64,000 nt of DNA from a bacterium (GTDB taxonomy: Bacteria; Electryoneota; Electryoneia; Electryoneales; Electryoneaceae): positions 608,001-672,000 of the forward strand of contig CAXXKJ010000002.1 in NCBI GenBank assembly GCA_963675295.2, written 5' to 3'. The notes beneath the pieces are model-generated. The model was given only the letters and a program-made list of their open reading frames with translations, was not told where the DNA came from and ran no database searches. Made by a program: the position numbers and the translations under genes. This document shows positions 10,595 through 20,776 of this stretch, one piece after another. Each line of letters opens with the position of its first letter. The first letter of the stretch is position 1.

Positions 10595-11608
10595 TCACCG
10601 TCCCGGGCGGATTCCGGCGCGCACGAGGTCATGCAGACGGAGCATGCCGACGCATTTGCTGTCGCGGTCGATGACGGGCAGCACGGTAATCTGACGCGGC
10701 CGGTTTTCCATCAGCAGCAGTGCGTCGATGGCTTTTTCGTCCGCGAAAACGCAGGTCGGATTGACGCTCATCACCTGTTCGGCGGTAGCGTCCGGGAAAT
10801 CACGTCCCAGCTTTTCGAGGCCACGGCGCACGTCCCCGTCGGTGATGATTCCGAGCACGTGCTGCTTGTCGTCAATCACGGTCACGCCGCCGAGCGCGGT
10901 GCTGGTGAGTTGCGGCAGCACGTCGGTCATCGGGGTGTTTGGCGAGCAGGTCGGGTTGTCGTCCGCGCCGTGCATCAGGTCGGAAACATCCAGCAGCAAC
11001 TGCTTGCCGAGGCTGCCGCCGGGGTGATTCTTCGCGAAATCTTCTTCGGTGAAGCCGCGCAGTTGCATCAGGACGGCGTTGATCGCGTCGCCCATCAGCA
11101 TGGTGACGGTGGTCGAGCTGGTCGGGGCGAGGCCGATCGGGCAGGCTTCGCGTTCGACGCCGATATCGAGCCAGATGTCGGCCTGGCGCGCGATCCGGGA
11201 CGCTTCCTCGCCGACCATCGCGATGATGGTGGCATTTTTACGGCGCAAGGCGGGGATCAGTTCGCGGACTTCTTCCGTTTCGCCCGACTTGGAGATGAGG
11301 AAGACGATATCGCCCTCGGTGACCATGCCGAGGTCGCCGTGCGCGGCGTCGCTCGGGTGCAGGAACAGGGCGACTATGCCGGTGGAACGCAGGGTAGCGG
11401 CGATTTTCTGCGCGATCAGGCCGGACTTGCCCGCGCCGATGAGCACCACCTTGCCGTTGCTGTTCATGATCGCGTCAATGGTGTCGACGAAGCTCTGGCC
11501 GAGCCGTTTCCGGACTTTCTCCGCGGACGCGAGTTCGACGGAGAAGATTTCCTTACCGCGTGTGATGATGTCGTTGCTGGTCAACGGGGATTCCCTCACA
11601 TCTGCCAT
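10595..11608 (-). CDS. kdsD: Arabinose-5-phosphate isomerase, KpsF/GutQ family (SIS + CBS)
   Basis: 'GAGKSGLIA', 'HPSDAAHGDLG', 'LAPTSSTT', 'HPGGSLG' and a CBS pair. Confidence 0.92.
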   Translation of the reverse strand: MADVRESPLTSNDIITRGKEIFSVELASAEKVRKRLGQSFVDTIDAIMNSNGKVVLIGAGKSGLIAQKIAATLRSTGIVALFLHPSDAAHGDLGMVTEGDIVFLISKSGETEEVRELIPALRRKNATIIAMVGEEASRIARQADIWLDIGVEREACPIGLAPTSSTTVTMLMGDAINAVLMQLRGFTEEDFAKNHPGGSLGKQLLLDVSDLMHGADDNPTCSPNTPMTDVLPQLTSTALGGVTVIDDKQHVLGIITDGDVRRGLEKLGRDFPDATAEQVMSVNPTCVFADEKAIDALLLMENRPRQITVLPVIDRDSKCVGMLRLHDLVRAGIRPGR

Positions 11609-11691
11609 GTCGGGGAAAGCATACGCACAGAGCCACGCCCGCGCAACAGGGTGGGGTTCAATAGACCAGCGATGTGGTACAACAGATTAGT

Positions 11692-13266
11692 CTACTTCGT
11701 TGTCTTAAACTCTGGCGTGATCTCAACTTGCGCTGGCTCATCGAATGGTGCGGCGACAATCCCATGCATGCGAGGCGGGTCACGGACAACATCGGTACCG
11801 CCAGTGACGGTTATCGGGAAGTAGGCTTGAATCGTATGCTGAGGATCGTCGGGGGAATATGCACCGGCACGGACGACGTAGTTGTATTCACCGCTTGCTG
11901 CATTTGCGGGGACATTTTGCCGTAGATCGGCCTCGTAGATACTATTCGCAGGTATGGTGATATCCGACCAGATACGCAAGGGCTCGCTGGGATAGCCATC
12001 TGGTCCTCGGACAATTACCCACACATCTGTAGTTATGTCAGAATCCGTGTTATTTGTCAACTCACCGTGCCAATAGAACCTTCCTGGTGCCGGAACGGAT
12101 GAGTCATTTCCATAGTTATTAACCGTTAAAGCCAAATCGGTTTGTTCACCGGTAAATTTAGCCACGAATACGTTTCTTTCGTATTCATTCTGAATTTCAC
12201 GTTCATAACTTCCAATAAGATAAAAATATCCGGAAGGATCTAGAATGATCAATGAATCGTAAAAGGTAATAAAATTATCATCATCAACGATAAAGGAATT
12301 TTCCCACAGTAATGTATATGATGCGTCATATCTTCTAATCGTCAAGGGTTCATATTGAAACGATCCCTCTACCGAGAAATAACCACCATCAGAAGTATAT
12401 GTTATCACCTTAGAGAATTCGCCATCGCCATAACTATGGATTAATTCACCATCGGGAGTAAAAGCTACGATAGAAGACACAGAATTTTCGGCCAGTGAAA
12501 AAACTCCTGAAAGATAAACATTACCATCAACGGCGATATCGCAACTACGAGCATACATGAGCAAGCCCGGAGGAGCTGGATACACTTGTTGAGTAGTGAA
12601 TAGACCATCAACATCATATGTTCTTAATAAAAGACGTACTGTATTATTATATGAATATATAATAGGCATGTATATATTACCGACAACATTCATAGCAACA
12701 TCGTTAACGTCAATAGCCTCTTGTTCTGATACAGAAAGAACATCCTGCCAAATAGTATTACCGTTACGATTCAATACTTCTACACAAGCCTGTGATCGGT
12801 TGAGAACGCCACCAGCATAGAAGTATCTGTCATAAAAGTCCGTATAGTGGAGATAGCTAGAACGATATGATGAATTCAGAATCCATGATAACTGAAACTG
12901 TTGTTGAGCTAACTCAATTAATCCTAATTGGCTACTAACATCCTGCTGGCTTAGGACGGCAGCGATTCCGTGACTTGAAAGCTCAAGACCTGCGGGGTAC
13001 TGATACTCGGGTTCTATGTGACCGATAGAGTGAAGCCCCGAATCGTCAATATGATAGTAAGCTGAGGTGCCATGAACGTTGCTGACGGAAAGGAACAAAG
13101 ATCCTGTCCGTAACAGCGTCGCACCTCCAAGAGTCTCAACCGAATCAGGACCTACAGTAATCTCCCACACAGGCTGCAGTTGAGCGTAAGCGGGTGCAAC
13201 AAGGACGAAAATGTACAGAGCAAAACTGAGCCGACAAATACGGTATCTTCTAATCAGGTCTCTCAT
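11692..13266 (-). CDS. Secreted hypothetical protein: AT-rich beta-rich N-terminal region plus Ig-like module, no CTD
   Basis: Signal peptide 'VLVAPAYA|Q'; C-terminal 'VPANAASGEYNYVVRAG' module resembles those in the T9SS cargo genes. Confidence 0.65.
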   Translation of the reverse strand: MRDLIRRYRICRLSFALYIFVLVAPAYAQLQPVWEITVGPDSVETLGGATLLRTGSLFLSVSNVHGTSAYYHIDDSGLHSIGHIEPEYQYPAGLELSSHGIAAVLSQQDVSSQLGLIELAQQQFQLSWILNSSYRSSYLHYTDFYDRYFYAGGVLNRSQACVEVLNRNGNTIWQDVLSVSEQEAIDVNDVAMNVVGNIYMPIIYSYNNTVRLLLRTYDVDGLFTTQQVYPAPPGLLMYARSCDIAVDGNVYLSGVFSLAENSVSSIVAFTPDGELIHSYGDGEFSKVITYTSDGGYFSVEGSFQYEPLTIRRYDASYTLLWENSFIVDDDNFITFYDSLIILDPSGYFYLIGSYEREIQNEYERNVFVAKFTGEQTDLALTVNNYGNDSSVPAPGRFYWHGELTNNTDSDITTDVWVIVRGPDGYPSEPLRIWSDITIPANSIYEADLRQNVPANAASGEYNYVVRAGAYSPDDPQHTIQAYFPITVTGGTDVVRDPPRMHGIVAAPFDEPAQVEITPEFKTTK

Positions 13267-13372
13267 GACAAGCTCCAAAAGAAAATTTGGCTTTTCAATG
13301 GTATTTGCACCTGTGAAATCGAGTTTGCAACGGGTAAAAGTACGGAGTTCAAGTTATCATTGCCATAGTCAG

Positions 13373-13459
13373 CCATGACACCCGACTTGGCAACGGCACC
13401 AAGCCGGGCCACACATCGGCCATGACACCCGACTTGGCAACGGCACCAAGCCGGGCCAC
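13373..13459. repeat. Tandem pair of REP-like palindromes (47-bp period)
   Basis: CCATGACACCCGACTTGGCAACGGCACCAAGCCGGGCCAC at 13373 and again at 13420. Confidence 0.85.
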
Positions 13460-13661
13460 GCCTGCCGAACCACACACATCACCCTCTCATCCGGCTTGCC
13501 GAGGGTGTGGTTTCATGCCTATGCTCCCGTGCTCACCGGTCCGCGGTTCACGGGACCGGCCCGCGTGTCGTAACCCGAAAACCATGGAACTTGTCCGGTG
13601 CCTGTTGGATCGGTCCGGAGCTGCCGGCGTGGTCCGGCAACTGCAGGGGATGTTTGCGTCG

Positions 13662-13931
13662 ATGAAGAGCAAGACTGTCATCTTGCGAAACAAGCTGGGA
13701 TTGCATTTACGCCCGGCGAGCCGGATCGTGAAGATCTCCGGCAAATACCGCTCGACGAAGGTTGAGTTGGCGCGGGATGGTGAGTCGGTGAACGCGAAGA
13801 GCATTCTCGGGATCATGACGCTGGTTGCGGAGAGTGGCGCGGAAGTCGAGATTTCGTGTGACGGTCCGGACGAGGAAGCGTGTCTGGATGAGTTGGTGGA
13901 TCTGGTCAACAACAAGTTTTACGAAGAATAG
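13662..13931 (+). CDS. ptsH: Phosphocarrier protein HPr
   Basis: 'GLHLRPA' (His15 motif) and 'NAKSILGIM' (Ser46 motif). Confidence 0.93.
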   Translation: MKSKTVILRNKLGLHLRPASRIVKISGKYRSTKVELARDGESVNAKSILGIMTLVAESGAEVEISCDGPDEEACLDELVDLVNNKFYEE

Positions 13932-14038
13932 CGCGGCTGTCTCAGTGTGTCCCCCCGGGGTTCTGGTACCCCTGCCATTGCCTCGAAAGCCTCGTATATT
14001 GCAAGCCGGGCGCAACCTGAAGAAGCGATAACCCACCC

Positions 14039-15805
14039 ATGGATCAAGAGAGTGTCTGGTCGGGCCAGGCGGTGGCTCCGGGCATTGGCCTGGGACCGGC
14101 GTTTTTGCTCCGGCGTGAACGGAAAACGGTTCAGCGCAGCGAGATAACGGATATCGAGCTTGAGCTGGCCCGGTTGGACAAGGCAATCGAGCGTGCACGG
14201 GCGATGCTTGAGTTGCACCGGGAGCGTGCGGCCCGGCGTTTCGGGGACGTTGTCGCCCGCATTTTCGACACCCACCTGATGATTCTCGAAGACGAACCGG
14301 CGTTTGATGAGATCCGTGAATTGATTCGCACCGAAAGCGTTTCAGCACAGTTTGCCGCGTTCAAGATCCTCGACAATTACGCCCGCCATTTCGACAAGCA
14401 GGAAGACACGTATTTTCGGGATCGCGCGCAGGATGTGCGGGATGTCTGCCGCCGTCTGGTGGGGCAGCTCGACGGCGAGGACGACCACGTGTTGTCGGAC
14501 ATTCCGGACGAACCGTGCGTGCTGCTCGCTGCGGAATTGAATCCGACCGATATTCTCCGTTTGCCGCAGGATCAGATCATCGCGGTGGCGACAGATGCCG
14601 GCGGCGCGACCAGCCACACGGCGATTTTGACACGCACATTGGGCGTGCCGAGTGTTGTCGGATTGCGGAACATCACGTCGTCGGTGCGGCGTGGCGACAC
14701 GGTCGTCATCAACGGCAATTCCGGCAAGGTGGTGTTGCACCCTGACGCCGAACAGTTGACCAGGTATGAACAGAAACATCGTGAGTACAAGGAGTTTGTA
14801 AAATCCCTTGAGGATATACGTGACCAGCGTGCGGTAACCACAGACGGTCACTCCGTTTTACTCAACAGTAACATCGAGATGCCGTCCGAGGCGGCGGCGG
14901 TGATCCGTAACGGGTCGGACGGTGTTGGCTTGTTCCGCACCGAATACCTCGTGCTGACCCACGGCGGCCTGCCCGATGAGGAGATGCAGTACAACGCGTA
15001 CCGGGATGTAATCAACGCGTTGGACGGGCGGCCGATTACGTTTCGCACGTTCGATCTCGGCGGCGACAAGGCGTTCCCGGGCGCGGGCATTCCGGTGGAG
15101 AACAACCCGTTCCTCGGCTGGCGCGCGATCCGTGTCGGGCTTGATCGTCCCGAGATGATGAAGCCGCAGTTGCGGGCGATTTTGCGCGCGGCAGTGCATG
15201 GTCCGGCGAAGCTGATGTTCCCGATGATCAGTACGCTGGAGGAGTTGCACCAGGCGAAGGACGTATTGCAGGACGTGATCGCCGAACTCGAGGCGGAGGG
15301 CATCGACTACAGCCGTGAGGTTCCGGTCGGGATGATGGTCGAGGTGCCGTCGTCGGCGTTGCTGGCGTCCCGTTTCGCGCCGCATGTGGATTTCTTCTCC
15401 ATCGGTACGAACGATCTGGTGCAGTTCACGATGGCGGTGGACCGTGGCAACGAACAGGTCGCGGGGTTGCATCAACCGTTCAATCCAGCGGTGCTGAACC
15501 TGATCCGGATGACGGTTGACGCCGCCCGGATGGCGCAGATTCCGGTGTCGATGTGTGGTGAGATGGCCGGGCAGCCGCTGGGCACCTTGTTGTTGCTGGG
15601 CCTCGGGTTGGATGAATTGTCGACCAGTCCGTCGCTGGTGCCGGAGGTGAAGAAGCTGGTGATTTCGTCAACGTTGGCGGAAGCGCGCAAGTTGGCGGAA
15701 GAGTCGTTACGGTTGGACACGGCACCGCAGGTACGCGCGCACCTGCTGGAGTACATGAAGTCCCGGTTCAAGAACCTTCCGATTTGGTTTGAACCGGGGA
15801 CGTGA
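14039..15805 (+). CDS. ptsI: PEP-protein phosphotransferase (PTS enzyme I)
   Basis: 'GGATSHTAIL', 'GVGLFRTE', 'RTFDLGGDK', 'SIGTNDL', 'MCGEMAG'. Confidence 0.95.
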   Translation: MDQESVWSGQAVAPGIGLGPAFLLRRERKTVQRSEITDIELELARLDKAIERARAMLELHRERAARRFGDVVARIFDTHLMILEDEPAFDEIRELIRTESVSAQFAAFKILDNYARHFDKQEDTYFRDRAQDVRDVCRRLVGQLDGEDDHVLSDIPDEPCVLLAAELNPTDILRLPQDQIIAVATDAGGATSHTAILTRTLGVPSVVGLRNITSSVRRGDTVVINGNSGKVVLHPDAEQLTRYEQKHREYKEFVKSLEDIRDQRAVTTDGHSVLLNSNIEMPSEAAAVIRNGSDGVGLFRTEYLVLTHGGLPDEEMQYNAYRDVINALDGRPITFRTFDLGGDKAFPGAGIPVENNPFLGWRAIRVGLDRPEMMKPQLRAILRAAVHGPAKLMFPMISTLEELHQAKDVLQDVIAELEAEGIDYSREVPVGMMVEVPSSALLASRFAPHVDFFSIGTNDLVQFTMAVDRGNEQVAGLHQPFNPAVLNLIRMTVDAARMAQIPVSMCGEMAGQPLGTLLLLGLGLDELSTSPSLVPEVKKLVISSTLAEARKLAEESLRLDTAPQVRAHLLEYMKSRFKNLPIWFEPGT

Positions 15806-15943
15806 TCTGACGGAAGATCCCGAAGTCGGTTGATCCGCGTCCGCAAGCGGACACGGGCACGTTGCACCAACCCGGACACCCCTTCCGGGGCATGAGTATT
15901 GCGAACGATTGATTCATCATCATCATACAGTGGAGGTTCATCC

Positions 15944-17089
15944 ATGGCAGGCTTTGTCTTCAGCAGTGAGTCGGTGACCGAGGGTCATCCGGACAAAGTC
16001 GCGGACCAGATCAGCGATGCCATCCTCGATGCGATCCTCGCGGAGGATCCGTTCGGGCGTGTGGCGGCGGAAACGTTCGTGAACACCGGCCTTTGCATGG
16101 TCGGCGGTGAGATTACCACCGAAACGTATGTCGACATCCCGACGATTGTGCGTGACGTGATCCGGGACATCGGCTACATCCATTCCGATATCGGTTTTGA
16201 TGCGGACACTTGCAGCGTGCTGACATCTATCGACCAGCAGGCGACCGATATCGCGCTGGGCGTGGACCGTGCCGGTGCGGGCGACCAGGGGATGATGTTC
16301 GGCTTCGCGTGCAAGGAGACGAAAGAGCTGATGCCGATGCCGATATCGCTGGCGCATCAGTTGACGAAAAAGCTTGCCGAAGTGCGCAAGGCGGGTGAGT
16401 TGGAGTGGTTGCGTCCGGATGGTAAGGCGCAGGTATCGATCCGGTACGAGGACGACAAGCCGGTGGAGATCACGACGGTCGTGCTGTCGACGCAGCACTC
16501 GCCGGACGTCAGCCTCAGCGACGTGCAGGACGGGGTCTGGGAGAAGGTGATCAAGCCGGTTCTGCCGAAGGACATGTACGACGAGAAGAAGCTGATCAAG
16601 CACATCAACCCGACCGGACGTTTCGTGCAGGGTGGTCCGAAGGCGGACGCCGGGCTGACCGGGCGCAAGATCATCGTCGACACGTACGGCGGCTACGCTC
16701 CCCATGGCGGCGGGGCATTCAGCGGCAAAGACCCGACAAAGGTCGACCGGTCCGGCGCGTACATCTCGCGCTACGCGGCGAAGAACGTTGTTGCGGCGGG
16801 CCTGGCGGATCGTTGCATGATCCAAGTCGCGTACGCCATCGGTGTCCGTGAACCAGTCAGCTTGTACGTCAACACGTACGGCACGGGCAAGCTGGACGAC
16901 GAGAAGATTTCGGAGCTGCTGCGGGAATCCATCGACTGGACCCCGGCGGGTGCGATCGATGTGCTGAACCTGCGGCGTCCGATTTATCGGCGCACGGCAA
17001 CGTACGGGCACTACGGCCGCGAGGAGGAAGGGTTCCCTTGGGAGGACACCAGCGCGCTTGCGCCGGTGCTCAAGAAAGCCGTAAAGTAG
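15944..17089 (+). CDS. metK: S-adenosylmethionine synthase
   Basis: '[11 protein letters not shown]', 'GAGDQG', 'GGGAFSGKD'. Confidence 0.97.
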   Translation: MAGFVFSSESVTEGHPDKVADQISDAILDAILAEDPFGRVAAETFVNTGLCMVGGEITTETYVDIPTIVRDVIRDIGYIHSDIGFDADTCSVLTSIDQQATDIALGVDRAGAGDQGMMFGFACKETKELMPMPISLAHQLTKKLAEVRKAGELEWLRPDGKAQVSIRYEDDKPVEITTVVLSTQHSPDVSLSDVQDGVWEKVIKPVLPKDMYDEKKLIKHINPTGRFVQGGPKADAGLTGRKIIVDTYGGYAPHGGGAFSGKDPTKVDRSGAYISRYAAKNVVAAGLADRCMIQVAYAIGVREPVSLYVNTYGTGKLDDEKISELLRESIDWTPAGAIDVLNLRRPIYRRTATYGHYGREEEGFPWEDTSALAPVLKKAVK

Positions 17090-17168
17090 CATCGAAAGCA
17101 TAATTACTGTTGTCTAGGGCAACAGTTCTTGGTATTTTTGGCAGTGGTACGTACGAGGAAACCAATTC

Positions 17169-18437
17169 GTGAAACCAAACGAATGCGATATTCGCAGTCT
17201 TGACCTGGCGGATGAGGGTTTGCGCCGGATCCGCTGGGCAGACAACAACATGCCGGTTCTCGCGCAGATCCGGGAAGAGTTTCGTGAGACGCAGCCGTTG
17301 CGTGGCGTGCGCATGAGCGCGTGCCTGCATGTGACGGCGGAAACGGCGAACCTGGTTCGCACGTTGCAGGCCGGCGGCGCGGACGTGGTGTTGTGCGCGT
17401 CGAATCCGTTGTCGACGCAGGACGACGTCGCGGCGAGCCTGGTTCGTGACTTTGACATCCGTGTGTACGCGATTCACGGCGCGAACAACGAAGAGTATTA
17501 CTCGCATCTGAACGCTGCAGCGCAGCACAAGCCGCACGTGACGATGGATGACGGTTGTGACCTGGTCACGTTGATCCATGAGAAGTACAAGGATCAGATC
17601 GGTGACATGATCGGCTCGCTGGAGGAGACCACGACGGGCGTGATTCGCTTGCGTGCGATGGAAAAAAGCGGCGCTCTCCAGTTGCCTGTGATCGCGGTCA
17701 ACGACGCGAAGACAAAAAATATGTTTGATAACAGGTACGGAACGGGCCAGTCTACGGTGGACGGCATCATCCGTGCCACAGACATCCTGCTTGCGGGCAA
17801 GAACGTGGTCACCATTGGCTACGGCTGGTGCGGACGCGGCTTCGCGAACCGTTGTCGCGGGATGGGTTCGAACGTGATCGTTACCGAGATCGACCCGGTC
17901 AAGGCGCTGGAAGCGGCGATGGACGGGTTCCGTGTGATGCAGATGGAAGAGGCTGCCGGGATCGGCGACCTGTTCTGCACCTTGACCGGCAACAAGCATG
18001 TGATTCGCGGCGAGCACTTCGCGAAGATGAAGGACGGCGCGATTGTCGCAAACAGCGGTCACTTTGACGTTGAGATCGACATTCCGGCGTTGAACGATCT
18101 TGCGAAGTCGGTTCAACGTGGTGTTCGTGAGAATGTGGACGAATACCAGCTGGAGTCCGGCAACCGCATTTTCCTGCTGGCGGAAGGCCGTCTCATCAAC
18201 CTCGCGGCGGCGGAAGGTCACCCGGCGAGCGTGATGGACATGAGCTTTGCGACGCAGGCGTTGGCGAGTTCGTACATCTCGGGCGCGGGCAAGGATCTGG
18301 ATCAGAAGGTGTACGATCCACCGGCGGAAATCGAAGACCGTGTCGCACGGTTGAAGCTGAACGCGATGGGTCTGAAGGTTGACAAGTTAACGGAAGAGCA
18401 GATAGCCTACCTCTCAGACTGGCAGGAAGGCACGTGA
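17169..18437 (+). CDS. ahcY: Adenosylhomocysteinase
   Basis: '[10 protein letters not shown]', 'EETTTG', '[10 protein letters not shown]', 'GRLINL..AEGHP'. Confidence 0.97.
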   Translation: MKPNECDIRSLDLADEGLRRIRWADNNMPVLAQIREEFRETQPLRGVRMSACLHVTAETANLVRTLQAGGADVVLCASNPLSTQDDVAASLVRDFDIRVYAIHGANNEEYYSHLNAAAQHKPHVTMDDGCDLVTLIHEKYKDQIGDMIGSLEETTTGVIRLRAMEKSGALQLPVIAVNDAKTKNMFDNRYGTGQSTVDGIIRATDILLAGKNVVTIGYGWCGRGFANRCRGMGSNVIVTEIDPVKALEAAMDGFRVMQMEEAAGIGDLFCTLTGNKHVIRGEHFAKMKDGAIVANSGHFDVEIDIPALNDLAKSVQRGVRENVDEYQLESGNRIFLLAEGRLINLAAAEGHPASVMDMSFATQALASSYISGAGKDLDQKVYDPPAEIEDRVARLKLNAMGLKVDKLTEEQIAYLSDWQEGT

Positions 18438-18531
18438 TAGGTCCCTTGCTTGTCGGGGCCGCAACAGAGTGAGTGATGTGAACCGGCCACGCGGTGGCCG
18501 GTTCACTCACATCCAGACGGAGGAATCGCAT

Positions 18532-20760
18532 ATGGCGCCGGCGAACCAGACGCCACGTAGTCAAAAGTGGTGGTCTCTGGCGGTCGTGGTCGTGCTCGGA
18601 TTGACCATGCTACGCTGTTCCTTACCCACCGACCTGGGGGCTCCCGAATGGGATATCCCCTTCTCCGTTGCGTTCAGCACCGAACGCTATGGAATCAACG
18701 ATTTGCTTGATTCAACCTCTCTGGCTGACAGTGGATACGCGTTTACCGAGGGTGAAGACGGCGTCCTGACGTTCATTGTTGCGGATACCCTGGACAGCGT
18801 GCTTGTCGATCGCGACGACATGTTCCTTGGGGATCATGAGTCCGTTGTTTTCGACGTTCCCACAGACACGATCGTCATCCCGTTCTCGGATGAGCTGGAT
18901 GAATCGTACACGCTGGACGACATGTTCACCACGCTTGGCTTCCCGACGAACTACAATGACGGGGACCAGGTGCCGCTGCCGCCGGGCGGTGGGACGTGGA
19001 ATCTCGTTGGTAATGAGGGCGGTGATGTCGAATTCGATCAGCTCGATTCGATGAAGTACGCGCATATCATCGAGGGTGAAATTCAGTTGGTGATGGAAAA
19101 CAACACCGACATCGAATTTGATGATTTGCAGGTTACGGTGATGCGTGAACGGATTCACGAGCCGGGTGTGTTTGTGCCGCTTACCGTGTTCGAATACGGC
19201 CAGGTGAGTCCGAATGATCTGATGCCGATGTCGTATTTCATGTATGACGACACGCTGACGGCGCGGCTGCGGATGAAGTTTACGGCGAACGGGCAGGAAC
19301 AGACGATCACCGCGAACCACGCGGACGCGCTCAACTTCACGCTGATCGTGGACACGTTGCATGCAGACTACGCCGAAGCGGTGATCGCCCGTCAGAAACC
19401 GCAGACCCGCAGCGAGATCATTTACCTGAACAATGATCTGTGGATCAAGCGCGCGATTGTTGACTCGGGATACGTGTTTTACAGCGTGGTTAACGAGACG
19501 GATGTGAACACGATCATCACGTTGACCTTCCCGCGCGTTTTCCGGGATGATGGCGATGTTCCGTACGACACGACGTTTGAGATGTCTCGAACCCGTCCGG
19601 GCGAAGATCCGCAGACTGCCGAGGGTACGATCAATATCGAGGGGATGCGGGTGCGGTACCCGTCCATTCCTGAAACTCCAGGAACGAACCAGGAATTCAA
19701 CGTTCAGACCACGGTAACGATCCTCAGTTCCGGTGAGATCTCGCCCGGTGTGCCGGATACCTCGGTGATTGCGGTCGGCAACTCGGTGGTGAGCACGTTC
19801 CAGCTGAGCGATCTTGTGTTGAGCACGGCGGAAGGTGTGTTCCGTGACTACGAATACGACATCACGGAAGAAGTTGTTGAGATTACGCAGTTCGAGGATG
19901 AGGAACAGCTGCAACAAGACCTGGCAAACAACCTGTCGTTGCGGAATGCGGACCTGATTCTCGACATGCAGAACAACATCGAAGCGCCGATGGAGTTGAC
20001 GCTGAACATCAAGGCGTCCAACGCCGCGGCATTTCTGAAGGCGGAAACGACCGTGGTCCGCAACCTCGGCCGCCGGCAGGAACGGATGGTGATCACCGAC
20101 ATCTCAAACATCCTCAACATCTTGCCGGATGAAGTTGCGATTACCGGCACGGTGCGCACCGGCTACGAGGTGTTTGGCGTGCCGGATACGGCGTACGCGT
20201 TGAATCTGTACGACTACATCGTGCCCGCGTTCAAGCTGGAGGCACCGATCTCCTATGTGATGTCGGATGATACTCCGTTGCGCCCTCCGGTTCAGATGTT
20301 TGAGGAACCGATCAACCCGGACATCAAGGAATTCAGTTTGTACGCGATCGTGGAAAACGCAATGCCGGTTGGCGGTTACCTGTACCTGATGGCGGGCAAG
20401 TTCGGGAGCGAGGAAGAGGCGGAGCAGAAGCTGAAGCTCGGGGAAAAAATCGGGGAAAGCTTTCTAGGCTTTGACACATACGGGATGACCTTCATCGAAG
20501 GCGGTGAGGCACCTGCGCCGATGTACATCAACCCACCTGCGGTGGATGATAACGGCCGGCCGATCGGGACCTATGTGGATACGTTATTCTCCCGCATCCC
20601 GACCTCACGGATGAAGGTGTTTGCCAAGGACAGCGTGTACACCCGGCAGGTGCTGCTACTGGAGGCCACAGACACGACCGGAGTTGTGGTCAACGTGGAG
20701 GACTACCTCGACGTATCGGTAATTGGCGAAGTACTGTTCAAGATCAACGGTGATGACTGA
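18532..20760 (+). CDS. Large acidic beta-rich putative lipoprotein
   Basis: Hydrophobic signal ending in Cys ('LTMLRC'), then 'APEWDIP'; SD GGAGG upstream. Confidence 0.65.
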   Translation: MAPANQTPRSQKWWSLAVVVVLGLTMLRCSLPTDLGAPEWDIPFSVAFSTERYGINDLLDSTSLADSGYAFTEGEDGVLTFIVADTLDSVLVDRDDMFLGDHESVVFDVPTDTIVIPFSDELDESYTLDDMFTTLGFPTNYNDGDQVPLPPGGGTWNLVGNEGGDVEFDQLDSMKYAHIIEGEIQLVMENNTDIEFDDLQVTVMRERIHEPGVFVPLTVFEYGQVSPNDLMPMSYFMYDDTLTARLRMKFTANGQEQTITANHADALNFTLIVDTLHADYAEAVIARQKPQTRSEIIYLNNDLWIKRAIVDSGYVFYSVVNETDVNTIITLTFPRVFRDDGDVPYDTTFEMSRTRPGEDPQTAEGTINIEGMRVRYPSIPETPGTNQEFNVQTTVTILSSGEISPGVPDTSVIAVGNSVVSTFQLSDLVLSTAEGVFRDYEYDITEEVVEITQFEDEEQLQQDLANNLSLRNADLILDMQNNIEAPMELTLNIKASNAAAFLKAETTVVRNLGRRQERMVITDISNILNILPDEVAITGTVRTGYEVFGVPDTAYALNLYDYIVPAFKLEAPISYVMSDDTPLRPPVQMFEEPINPDIKEFSLYAIVENAMPVGGYLYLMAGKFGSEEEAEQKLKLGEKIGESFLGFDTYGMTFIEGGEAPAPMYINPPAVDDNGRPIGTYVDTLFSRIPTSRMKVFAKDSVYTRQVLLLEATDTTGVVVNVEDYLDVSVIGEVLFKINGDD

Positions 20761-20776
20761 GCCGGAGGACGGAACG

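Noticed and set aside
13373-13459. Possible mini-CRISPR array
   Set aside because: Only two units with no unique spacers; the same unit is dispersed singly elsewhere; no cas1/cas2.
15806-15943. SAM riboswitch upstream of metK
   Set aside because: Short spacer with no SAM-I/II/SAH consensus that I could recognise; an Infernal search would settle it.
10631-19917. Long antisense ORFs (10631-11824, 15938-17101, 17070-18221, 18712-19917)
   Set aside because: Shadow frames opposite well-supported genes, as expected from high-GC codon bias; no recognisable motifs.
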